From an uncultured Clostridia bacterium (GTDB taxonomy: Bacteria > Bacillota > Clostridia > Christensenellales > CAG-917): DNA of 64,000 nucleotides. Below, one piece after another: positions 1-7,702 of this stretch. Below the pieces are notes generated by a model, which searched no databases, had not been told where the DNA came from, and saw only the letters and a program-made list of their open reading frames with translations. The DNA lies in NCBI GenBank assembly GCA_944358385.1, contig CALVQW010000008.1:17228-81227 (forward strand). The letters run 5' to 3'. The translations under genes were made by a program, and so were the position numbers. The first letter of the stretch is position 1. Each line of letters starts with the position of its first letter.

Positions 1-1720
1 AGCCCTCTCTGCACGAGCGCGTGGTCACGCCTTCATAGGCGAGAGCGCGCTGTGCGAGCAGATAACGCTTGGACACTCCCGCGTCTATGAAATCCCACGG
101 GAGTTCCTCCTCGGTGTCGCGTGTGCCCGTATATTCCTCCATATCCAGCCCGCAGTCCGCAAACGCGCGCTGCCATGCCTCCCAATCGAATTTCTCCGAC
201 CAGCTGTCGAATTTCGCGCCGAGGACGTAGGCACGTTCTATCACCTGCGAGAGCCGTCTGTCCCCGCGCGCGAGAGCGGCTTCCAGCACGGAGGATTCCG
301 CCCCGTGCCAGGAGAAGGACACTCCCTTGATGCGGCGGAGCAACCCGCGCAGATAGTTCTGCTTGCGCAACATCTCGTCGAAGGAGATCTGCGCCTCCCA
401 TTGGAAGGGAGTGCAGGGCTTGGGGATGAACACGGCGCAGGACACGGAGATGTTCGGACCGCGCTTCCCTCTCGTCTTGAAATACAACTCTCTGAGCCTC
501 GCGCATATGGCGGCGATGCCGGCGATGTCCTCGTCCGTCTCGGTGGGCAGCCCAAGCATGAAGTAGAGCTTGACGCTGTCATATCCCGCCTCGAACGCCT
601 TGGCGATGTTGTCTATCTCCGCGTCCGTGACGTTCTTGTTGATGACGTCCCTCAGCCTTTGCGTACCCGCCTCCGGAGCGAAAGTGAGGGAACTGCGCCT
701 GGACTCCTGCGCGATGTCCCCGGAAAAGCTCGAAAGTCTGAGGCTGGGCAGAGAGAGATTCACCCTCTTCTCATGCACGAAATCCCTGAGACCGTCCATG
801 AGCGCGTGCAGCCCGGAATAGTCCCCCGTGGAGAGGGAACACATGGCGATCTCGCCGTAGCCGGTGTTGCGGACTATCGCCTTTGCCTGCTCCGTGCACT
901 TTTCGGGCGAACGCTCGCGTATGGGGCGGTAATAATAGCCCGCCTGACAGAACCTGCACCCGCTCGCGCACCCGCGGTAAAGCTCGATGACCGCCCTGTC
1001 ATGCACCGCCTCGGTGTTGGCGACGACGGGACGGAGAGGATAGGGCGCGTTCTCGAAATCCGCAAACACCGCCTTGGTCACTTTTTCGCCCTTCTTGTGC
1101 AGGGCGGGGACGTACACCCCCGTGATCTCCTTAGCGCGGGCGAGGATCTCCCTCTTGCTCCACCCCTTCTCTTTGCCCTCCGCCGCGAGCGCGAGGACGG
1201 CGGAATCCACCCCCTCACCCTCTCCTATCACTATGCAATCGAAAAAGTCCGCGAAAGGCTCGGGATCGACGGCGCAGGGACCACCCGCAAGCAGGATGGG
1301 GAACTCCTCTCCCCTCTCTTCCGCGCGAAAGGGTATGCCCGCAAGGTCGAGCATGTAAAGTATGCCCGTGTAGAGCAGCTCGAACTGCACGGAAAAGCCC
1401 ACGATGTCAAAATCTTTGAGGGGGATGCCTGATTCCAGCGAGGAGAGCCGCCTCCCCTCGGAGCGGAGCAGAGCCGCCATGTCCTCTGCGGGAGCGTAAC
1501 ACCTCTCGCAGGCGAATCCGTCAATGGAATTGATCTCGGAATACAATATCTGCATCCCGAGATTGCTCATGCCTATCTCGTAAAGATCGGGAAAACAAAG
1601 GCAGAAACGCGCGCGGACGTTCTCCGTCTTTCTCACCGCGTTCCACTCACCGCCCGTATACCTGGCGGGTTTTTCCGCCCGCGAAAGCAGGGGAAAAGAT
1701 CTATTCTCAAAATTTTTCAT
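1..1720 (-). CDS. radical SAM protein (TIGR03960-like), C-terminal end outside window
   Basis: Not closed in the ORF track because the stop lies beyond position 1. Hand translation from ATG 1720..1718 gives MKNFENRSFPLLSRAEKPARYTGGEWNAVRKTE. The same frame gives IELYRGCASGCRFCQA (CxxxCxxC) around 940-990. The + ORF 305..1432 is its antisense shadow. Confidence 0.8.
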   Translation of the reverse strand, partial: MKNFENRSFPLLSRAEKPARYTGGEWNAVRKTENVRARFCLCFPDLYEIGMSNLGMQILYSEINSIDGFACERCYAPAEDMAALLRSEGRRLSSLESGIPLKDFDIVGFSVQFELLYTGILYMLDLAGIPFRAEERGEEFPILLAGGPCAVDPEPFADFFDCIVIGEGEGVDSAVLALAAEGKEKGWSKREILARAKEITGVYVPALHKKGEKVTKAVFADFENAPYPLRPVVANTEAVHDRAVIELYRGCASGCRFCQAGYYYRPIRERSPEKCTEQAKAIVRNTGYGEIAMCSLSTGDYSGLHALMDGLRDFVHEKRVNLSLPSLRLSSFSGDIAQESRRSSLTFAPEAGTQRLRDVINKNVTDAEIDNIAKAFEAGYDSVKLYFMLGLPTETDEDIAGIAAICARLRELYFKTRGKRGPNISVSCAVFIPKPCTPFQWEAQISFDEMLRKQNYLRGLLRRIKGVSFSWHGAESSVLEAALARGDRRLSQVIERAYVLGAKFDSWSEKFDWEAWQRAFADCGLDMEEYTGTRDTEEELPWDFIDAGVSKRYLLAQRALAYEGVTTRSCREG

Positions 1721-1736
1721 CCGATGAAAGGCGGGT

Positions 1737-2687
1737 TCAGTCACCCATGGCGAGTGCCGCCGCGCCTATGATGCCCGCGTCGTTGCCGAGGCTTGCCGCC
1801 ACCACGTCGATGGGGGGATTGAACTCCGCGCCGTATGCGTTCCTGCGCACGAAGTCCCTGAGCGGAAGGATGAGCGCGTCCCCCTCCTTGGAGATGCCGC
1901 CGCCTATGATGAACACCTCGGGATAAAAGACGTTGGCGAACCCGACGAGACCTATGCCGACATAGCGTATATATTCCGCAACCACGCGTTTCGCGGTTTT
2001 ATCTCCCGCTTTTGCGGCGATAAACGCCGTTTTGCCGTCAATGCCGCGCTCCGCGACCAGCCTTGCGAGCAGACTTTCCGGGTGACGCACGGAGGCTCTC
2101 GCCGTCCTTCTTATGAGCGCGGTCGCGGAGGCGTACGCCTCGAAACATCCGCGTTTGCCGCAGCCGCACTTCTCGCCGCCCGCCTTGATGATGACGTGTC
2201 CGCCCTCCGCGCCCGCGGACCTGTTGCCCGTGAGCAGCCTGCCGTCCACGACGATGCCCGTGCCCACCCCCGTGCCGAGGGTGACTGTGACGCTGTTTTT
2301 CGCTCCCCGTCCCGCGCCGAACACCGTCTCGCCGAGAGCGGCGCAGTTGGCGTCGTTGCTTATCCTGACGCGCCCGACGCCGAGAGCCTCCGCGAGCATC
2401 CCCGCGACGGGAGTTTTCACGAAATTGATGTTGCAGCTGTAACGCACCACGCCCGCCGCATCGTCCACGGAACCGGGCGAACCCACGCCCACGCCTCCGA
2501 TGTCGGAGAGGCTCACCCCGCCGCGCTCGGCGACCGAACGCACGAGTTCCGCGATGTCGGAGACTATCTTCTCCGCAGGGGCTTTCGCGTCCGTGACGGC
2601 GGTGTCCTTGAAAAGGATGTTCCCCTTCTCGTCCACGATCCCCGCCTTCACGCTCATTCCGCCGATGTCCACGCCGATGTACAACAT
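1737..2687 (-). CDS. glcK: ROK-family glucokinase
   Basis: ORF 1737..3194 trimmed to the internal ATG at 2687 (MLYIGVDIGGMSVKAG). It has the ROK motif ISNDANCAALGE and the Cys cluster CGCGKRGCFEAY. The 5' part of the long ORF overlaps the S2P gene. Confidence 0.9.
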   Translation of the reverse strand: MLYIGVDIGGMSVKAGIVDEKGNILFKDTAVTDAKAPAEKIVSDIAELVRSVAERGGVSLSDIGGVGVGSPGSVDDAAGVVRYSCNINFVKTPVAGMLAEALGVGRVRISNDANCAALGETVFGAGRGAKNSVTVTLGTGVGTGIVVDGRLLTGNRSAGAEGGHVIIKAGGEKCGCGKRGCFEAYASATALIRRTARASVRHPESLLARLVAERGIDGKTAFIAAKAGDKTAKRVVAEYIRYVGIGLVGFANVFYPEVFIIGGGISKEGDALILPLRDFVRRNAYGAEFNPPIDVVAASLGNDAGIIGAAALAMGD

Positions 2688-2730
2688 TGTCCGCCTCCCG
2701 TGCGCGCGCACGTTTTTTTCGTGTGCTATT

Positions 2731-3717
2731 TTAATGCAATTTTCGGGATATGTCAACTCCGTGCCGCCCGCGGCGGAAGGGGGAAGGCATCCTCCTTCTC
2801 TTTTCTCTTTTTCTTCTCTCCTCGATGTAGGACGGCTCTCCCTCTCCTCGCGCGGGCGGGAGAGGATGCGCGCGCTCTCCCGCGCGCTCCGATAGACACT
2901 CTCCGACCGTGCGGCAGAGCCTTCCTCTCCCCGCCGCGGCGCGCACATCCTCCTCGCCCAGAACCGCACATTCCCGCACTCCGTCCTCTCCTCTCTCCAC
3001 CACCTTGAACGTGGTGACGCTGCGCCCGTCCACATAATGGAAAAGGCGCACGAGGGGCGCGTCGCGGGAGACCAGCACCGTCCTTTCACGCACTCCCGCG
3101 AGATAGTTCTTGCCCTTGGCGGCAAGCACGCTGACGTAAGCCTGTTCTCTGCCGCCGAACGCCGCGCCCGCAAATAGGAACACTGCGGTGACACCGAGGG
3201 TGAAACTCACCGCGCCCAACACCGCCGAAAGCACGAACAGCAGGAAAAGCAGTATGCCGAGCATCACTCCCGCCTTCTGCATCCCTTTGACGGCGGCGAG
3301 CTTGCGGGACGCCATTCCCGCCACCACGCGCGAACCGTCCAACGGATAGACGGGAAGGAGATTGAAAAGAGCGATGCCGACATTGGCGTACAAGAATGCC
3401 CGCGTGAAGGGATAGACGGCGGGAAAAAGCCACCACAGCGCGAGCAGCGCGGCGGCGGCGAGCAGATTTGCGGCGGGACCTGCCAGCCCCACTATTATGC
3501 CGGAGACGGGATCCATCTCCTCGTTGAGGCTCATCGCCGCACCGTAGGGATAGAGCGTGAGCGACCTGACGGCATAGCCGCGCAGACGGGCGGCGGCGGC
3601 ATGTCCCGCCTCGTGCACCGCCACGGCGGCGAATGCCCAGAGCAACGCCCTCGCCTGCCCGAAAAGCAGGAGCAGGAGCGTCAGAAGGTAAAAGAGGGGA
3701 TGTATCCTGAAACGCAT
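2731..3717 (-). CDS. M50 site-2 protease family protein (SpoIVFB-like)
   Basis: Multi-TM 328-aa ORF with the HEAGH zinc motif and NLLPVYPLDG. It lies downstream of minDE, as spoIVFB does in Bacillus. TGATG start/stop overlap at 3717. Confidence 0.8.
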   Translation of the reverse strand: MRFRIHPLFYLLTLLLLLFGQARALLWAFAAVAVHEAGHAAAARLRGYAVRSLTLYPYGAAMSLNEEMDPVSGIIVGLAGPAANLLAAAALLALWWLFPAVYPFTRAFLYANVGIALFNLLPVYPLDGSRVVAGMASRKLAAVKGMQKAGVMLGILLFLLFVLSAVLGAVSFTLGVTAVFLFAGAAFGGREQAYVSVLAAKGKNYLAGVRERTVLVSRDAPLVRLFHYVDGRSVTTFKVVERGEDGVRECAVLGEEDVRAAAGRGRLCRTVGECLSERAGERAHPLPPARGEGEPSYIEERRKREKRRRMPSPFRRGRHGVDISRKLH

Positions 3718-3974
3718 CAGATCACTGACGCCACCGCTTTCCCTATCTCGGACACCGTGGCGATCTCCGCCGTGCCTCCGAACAGCCCCGCAAAGAGGAA
3801 ACCGAGGGAGACGAACACCCCTATGACCACGGGAAGCAGGGCGATGTCGAGAGGATCTATCCCTTTCAGGAAATTCCCTCTCCTTCTCGGAGCGGGACGC
3901 TCATCCGTCCTCTTTTCGGCAATGACGTTCTCGCTGACTTCGACTTGGATCTTTTTGGTTTGGTCAAAATCCAT
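3717..3974 (-). CDS. small membrane protein, unknown function
   Basis: 85-aa ORF with one hydrophobic helix (LLPVVIGVFVSLGFLFAGLF). It is translationally coupled (TGATG) to the S2P gene. No recognisable family. Confidence 0.5.
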   Translation of the reverse strand: MDFDQTKKIQVEVSENVIAEKRTDERPAPRRRGNFLKGIDPLDIALLPVVIGVFVSLGFLFAGLFGGTAEIATVSEIGKAVASVI

Positions 3975-4024
3975 AATTCACCTCGCCTTAAAGCCTATTC
4001 CGCGCCCGTCGGGATTATGACGCA

Positions 4025-4294
4025 TCAGGAGGGAATGACGGGAGAGGGCAGCTCCTCGGTGGTGCGGAACCGCTTTACGGCGGAGGCGCGCGCGGTCACG
4101 GTCACCTCGTATGCCCCGTCCTCTCCCCTCGCCACTTTGACAGCGGGACGGGAGACCAGCTCGAAATAGTCCCCCAACACCCTGCCCACATCCCCGGAAA
4201 GCGCGGCGGAAAAGCCTTCCCCCACACCCGCCTTGTCTCTGATGAGCATCTCTTTCATCCTCTCTTCCATCAGCTTTGCGGGTTTCAGAACCAT
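4025..4294 (-). CDS. minE: cell division topological specificity factor MinE
   Basis: ORF 4025..4333 trimmed to MVLKPAKLMEERMKEMLIRDKAG. The pattern ER.K..LI.D(R/K) followed by GD...VL..Y.E matches clostridial MinE. It sits immediately after minD. Confidence 0.7.
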   Translation of the reverse strand: MVLKPAKLMEERMKEMLIRDKAGVGEGFSAALSGDVGRVLGDYFELVSRPAVKVARGEDGAYEVTVTARASAVKRFRTTEELPSPVIPS

Positions 4295-5037
4295 CTTCTT
4301 CTCCTCCTCAGGGGCATCCTGATCTCCGCACATTTCTTGGTGCGGTCGGCGATGTTTTTGGCAAGCAGCGCGAACGCCTTTTCCGAGAGTGCGAAATCAG
4401 GCACTCTGCCCAACTGCTGATATAAAGTCACGCAGTCGTCCTCCGGGATCACCCCCACCGCGGGAGTGCCGAGCAGACGCGCGATGTCATCCGCCCTCAT
4501 CATCTCTCCCCGCGCCGTCATATCCGGACGTATGCGGTTGACCACAAGGGAGATGTCCTCCAACCGATAAGCGGAGAGCAGCGTCAGCACCTTGTCCGCA
4601 TCGCGTATCGCCGAAGCGGAGGGCGTGGTGACCACGATGGCTTCCGTCGCCGCCGACACCGCGCGGTGAAAGCCGTTCTCTATGCCGGCGGGACAGTCGA
4701 TGAACACGAAGTCGCAGTCCGTGAGGGAGTCTATCACCCCTCTGAACGCCTGCGCCGACATCTCCTCTCCCCCGCCCGCAGAGGGAAGTATGCGCGCGGT
4801 GCTCTCGTTGTCCGCGACGAGTGCCTGAAAGATGCGGCAGCGTCCCGCCGCCACGTCGCCGATGTCATAGACCACTCTGCTGTCCGCGCCCGTCACCACA
4901 TCGAGGTTGTTGAGTCCCACGTCCGCATCCGCAAGCACGACGCGGTAGCCCATGTCCGCAAGTTTTCTGCCCAGCGAGGCGGTGACGGTGGTCTTGCCCA
5001 CCCCGCCCTTGCCGGAAGTCACAACGATCTTTCTCAT
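4285..5037 (-). CDS. minD: septum site-determining ATPase MinD
   Basis: MRKIVVTSGKGGVGKTT deviant Walker A and a 250-aa ParA/MinD fold pattern. Confidence 0.9.
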   Translation of the reverse strand: MRKIVVTSGKGGVGKTTVTASLGRKLADMGYRVVLADADVGLNNLDVVTGADSRVVYDIGDVAAGRCRIFQALVADNESTARILPSAGGGEEMSAQAFRGVIDSLTDCDFVFIDCPAGIENGFHRAVSAATEAIVVTTPSASAIRDADKVLTLLSAYRLEDISLVVNRIRPDMTARGEMMRADDIARLLGTPAVGVIPEDDCVTLYQQLGRVPDFALSEKAFALLAKNIADRTKKCAEIRMPLRRRRRWF

Positions 5038-5121
5038 ACGGGCAGTTTAACGCACGGCACGCGCGCCCGCACGTCGGAATGTGAAAGATGCGGTCTGTTT
5101 TTGTCAAATGCAAAGCAAATG

Positions 5122-5150
5122 TTGAAAAGTGCCGCCCGCGGTGGTATCAT
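5122..5150 (+). promoter_or_regulatory. sigma-A type promoter for degV (TTGAAA-17-TATCAT)
   Basis: TTGAAA 5122-5127, a 17-nt spacer, then TATCAT 5145-5150. The SD AAAGGAG follows at 5155-5161 and the ATG at 5168. Confidence 0.5.
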
Positions 5151-5167
5151 ATCCGAAAGGAGTTCTT

Positions 5168-6076
5168 ATGAAAAAGATCGCTATCACAACGGATATGGCG
5201 GCGGATATGCCGCAGGGGTTCTTCTCCTCCAACGGCGTCACCGTCCTGCCCATGCCCTTCTCCCTCGGCGGGAAGGACTACTTTGACGGCGCGCTCCCCT
5301 CTCCCTCCGAGTTTTACGGCGCGCTCCGCGCGGGGGCTGCCGTGAGCACCTCACAGACTTCGGCTTATGCCGCGATCCACGCCTTCGAAGGGCTGTTGAA
5401 GGAGGGCTATGACATCCTGCACATCTCCTTCTCTTCCGGCATGAGCGGCAGCTATGACAACGTGTGCGGCGCGGCGAAGGAACTGCTGGTCAAATACCGC
5501 GACGGCAACATCCGCGTGGTGGACAGCCTCTCCGGCTGCGGCGGGCAGGGACTTATGGTGAAAAACGCCCTCGAAATGCGGGAGCGCGGGATGTCCCTCG
5601 ACGCCATCGCGGACAAGCTGGAAGCGGACAGGATGAACTATCACCACTTCTTCATCGTGGAGGACCTCAACACCCTCTACCGCGGCGGCAGGCTGAGCAA
5701 GCTGGAGGCGGCGGTGGGGACGATGCTGGGCATAAAACCTTTGCTCGAACTCAACCACTACGGCAAGATCATGCCCCTCCTCAAAGTGATGGGCAAAAAG
5801 AAAGCCCTCTCCGCCATCACGGAACAGGTGGTCAAGTTCTTCAAGCCCGAACTCAACGACTATATCATCGTGGAACACGGCGACGACCTCGCGGGCGCGC
5901 AGGCACTCGCGGACAAGATCACCGCCGCGCTTCCCGGCGTAAAGACGGAGTTCTGCAACGTCGGCTACCTCGTCGGCGCGCACGCGGGACCGGGCGCACT
6001 CGCCGTTTTCTTCGTCGGTGCGGAACGTCCCCGCTTCATCAACGTGCCCATACCGGGGCTGAAAACCGCAAAATGA
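5168..6076 (+). CDS. DegV family fatty-acid-binding protein
   Basis: ORF 5129..6076 trimmed to MKKIAITTDMAADMP behind the SD AAAGGAG. DegV-like pattern throughout (SSGMSGSY, FFIVEDLNTLYRGGRLS). Confidence 0.85.
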   Translation: MKKIAITTDMAADMPQGFFSSNGVTVLPMPFSLGGKDYFDGALPSPSEFYGALRAGAAVSTSQTSAYAAIHAFEGLLKEGYDILHISFSSGMSGSYDNVCGAAKELLVKYRDGNIRVVDSLSGCGGQGLMVKNALEMRERGMSLDAIADKLEADRMNYHHFFIVEDLNTLYRGGRLSKLEAAVGTMLGIKPLLELNHYGKIMPLLKVMGKKKALSAITEQVVKFFKPELNDYIIVEHGDDLAGAQALADKITAALPGVKTEFCNVGYLVGAHAGPGALAVFFVGAERPRFINVPIPGLKTAK

Positions 6077-6942
6077 CCGCTATGTACACATCTCTTTCCG
6101 ACACATTCACTTTGTCCGACAGCGTCAAGATCCCCTGCGTGGGCTTCGGCACTTATAAGACGCCGGACGGCGACATCTGCACCGAGAGCGTCCTCACCGC
6201 CCTCGACGCGGGCTACCGCCACATCGACACCGCGGAGTTCTACTTCAACGAGGAGGGCGTGGGACAAGCCCTCAAAACGACTTCCGTCCCGAGGAGCGAC
6301 ATCTTCCTCACCACCAAGGTCTGGAACACCCACCAGGGCTATGACGCCACTCTCGCCGCCTTCGACGCCTCCGAGAAACGGCTGGGGACGGCACCCGATC
6401 TCTACCTCATCCACTGGCCCATCACCAAGGACTACAAGGACGACTACCCCGCCCGTTTCATCGACACCTGGCGCGCGCTGGAACACCTCTACGAGGAAGG
6501 ACGCGTCCGCGCCATCGGTGTGTGCAACTGCCTGAAACAACACTTGAACGTGCTGTTTGATGTATGTAAAGTGCCGCCTATGGTGAATCAGATCGAATAC
6601 CACTTCGGCTTCACCGACGCCGACCAGCTGGAAGCAGCCGCCTTCTCGCGCGCTCACGGCATCGTCGTCGAGGGGTGGGCACCCCTCTGCCGCGGCAGGG
6701 CTTTCGGACATCCCGTCCTCGCCGCCGTCGCACAAAAGCACGGCAAAACCGAAGCGCAGGTGCTGGTGCGCTACTGCCTGGAACACGACATCCTTCCCCT
6801 GCCCAAATCCGCCACCCCCGCCCGCATCGTCGAGAATGCGGACGTGTTCTCTTTCGCCCTTGATACGGAGGATCTCGCCGCCCTCGACGCCGTCTCCTCG
6901 ATAGGCCGTCTCGGCCCGCACCCCGACGAAGCGAGGCACTGA
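6073..6942 (+). CDS. aldo/keto reductase
   Basis: C-terminal 289 aa of ORF 5464..6942, starting MTAMYTSLSD with an ATGA overlap onto the degV stop. AKR motifs GYRHIDTAEFY, LYLIHWP and IGVCN. Confidence 0.9.
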   Translation: MTAMYTSLSDTFTLSDSVKIPCVGFGTYKTPDGDICTESVLTALDAGYRHIDTAEFYFNEEGVGQALKTTSVPRSDIFLTTKVWNTHQGYDATLAAFDASEKRLGTAPDLYLIHWPITKDYKDDYPARFIDTWRALEHLYEEGRVRAIGVCNCLKQHLNVLFDVCKVPPMVNQIEYHFGFTDADQLEAAAFSRAHGIVVEGWAPLCRGRAFGHPVLAAVAQKHGKTEAQVLVRYCLEHDILPLPKSATPARIVENADVFSFALDTEDLAALDAVSSIGRLGPHPDEARH

Positions 6943-6977
6943 CACACCAACACAAACTTTCTGAAAAAGATAACACG

Positions 6978-7006
6978 AAAAAGCGGGCATACGCCCGCTT
7001 TCTTTT
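6978..7006 (+). terminator. rho-independent terminator of the AKR gene
   Basis: AAGCGGGC(6981-6988) atac GCCCGCTT(6993-7000) followed by TCTTTT. Confidence 0.8.
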
Positions 7007-7068
7007 ATGCTCCGCACTTTTGGCGGTCCATTTAAATGCGCCTTGCACTTTCCCGGAGGCAGTCTGAT

Positions 7069-7435
7069 GCGAACTTTGAGGCGTGCTTGAACATGACGTA
7101 CACTCCTTCGGAGACGGGACTACGCGCCGCAAAGCCAAACTTTCATCGCGGGCGTCTTGCGCCCGCGTTTGAAAGTCGCGGCGCGGATCTGCGACCTCGC
7201 AAGCTAGATGAATACCTAAATAGAGGCGTCGCTCGTGCGCGTCGAGTCGCCCTCCTCGCCCCACGAGCGACGCTCAATTAGTACCGGCATCCGCTTGGTT
7301 ATGTGAGTGCGATTACCAAAATTTTTGGTAAAATCAGAAAGTTAGTCCCGCATTTTGGGAGGAGCGAACTCTATTCCGAGTGGGGGAGGAGTCCCGTAGG
7401 GGAGGTGGGGGACAATAACTCCCCTGTCAGAGGAC
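7069..7435 (+). repeat. unclassified multi-helix element, copy 1 (candidate structured RNA or MITE/PATE-like)
   Basis: Reverse-complement homolog at 26304-26709. Hand alignment gives 23 mismatches in 203 ungapped nt and 5 mismatches in 88 nt. It consists of a chain of 7-12 bp GC helices with no credible ORF. Confidence 0.75.
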
Positions 7436-7506
7436 AAGACTTTATCCCGAAGGGAAGGAGGGGGTATCTGACTCCCCCGCGAGACGTACAGCTTGTCAGC
7501 AGTATG

Positions 7507-7540
7507 TTTTAAAACGAAAACCCCCGTCTCACGACGGGGG
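7507..7540 (-). terminator. rho-independent terminator downstream of the mreB-like gene
   Basis: On the minus strand: CCCCCGTC gtga GACGGGGG followed by TTTTCGTTTT (plus-strand stems at 7521-7528 and 7533-7540). Confidence 0.8.
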
Positions 7541-7576
7541 CTCTGACACAGCAATTCGCCGAACAAACGCTAATAC

Positions 7577-7702
7577 ACTGAGCGCGATATTTGGATGCAG
7601 AACGCGAAAGCACCCCTTTTTCGGTGAGGCGCGTACTTGGACGTACGTAACGAGCCGAAAAAGGGGTGCTGACAAAGTTCTGCGCCAAATAGCGCGCTCA
7701 GT
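7577..7702 (-). repeat. long-hairpin module H1 (126 nt) overlapping the mreB-like stop codon
   Basis: Arms ACTGAGCGCGATATTTGG (7577-7594) and CCAAATAGCGCGCTCAGT (7685-7702) with one mismatch. Inner helices are GCAGAAC/GTTCTGC and GCACCCCTTTTTCGG/CCGAAAAAGGGGTGC. The apex is GCGTAC(7631-7636)..CGTACGT(7642-7648). Confidence 0.8.

Noticed and set aside
305-1432. 375-aa plus-strand ORF at the window start
   Set aside because: Antisense to the radical SAM gene, whose CxxxCxxC motif and N-terminus I translated directly on the minus strand.
1737-3194. 485-aa fused ORF (glucokinase with a 169-aa N-terminal extension)
   Set aside because: The extension is R/E/S-rich and overlaps the S2P gene 3' end in another frame. 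The ROK family N-terminus starts at the internal Met (2687).
5464-6942. 492-aa ORF extending the aldo-keto reductase upstream through degV
   Set aside because: The upstream 200 aa are R/G/P-rich and lie in an alternative frame of the well-supported degV gene. The AKR family N-terminus starts at 6073.
7036-7281. Small ORFs inside the repeat element that look conserved between the copies (MGRGG(R/Q)LDAHERR.. from 7264 downward and from 26507 upward; 81-aa ORF 7036..7281)
   Set aside because: The conservation follows nucleotide identity: 8 of about 54 residues differ, mostly non-synonymous changes. The starts are GTG codons inside a 12-bp helix and there is no SD. The products are Arg-rich, and copy 1 runs on into the antisense of the AKR gene. 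The helix-swap and covariation pattern argues for a structural constraint, not a coding one.
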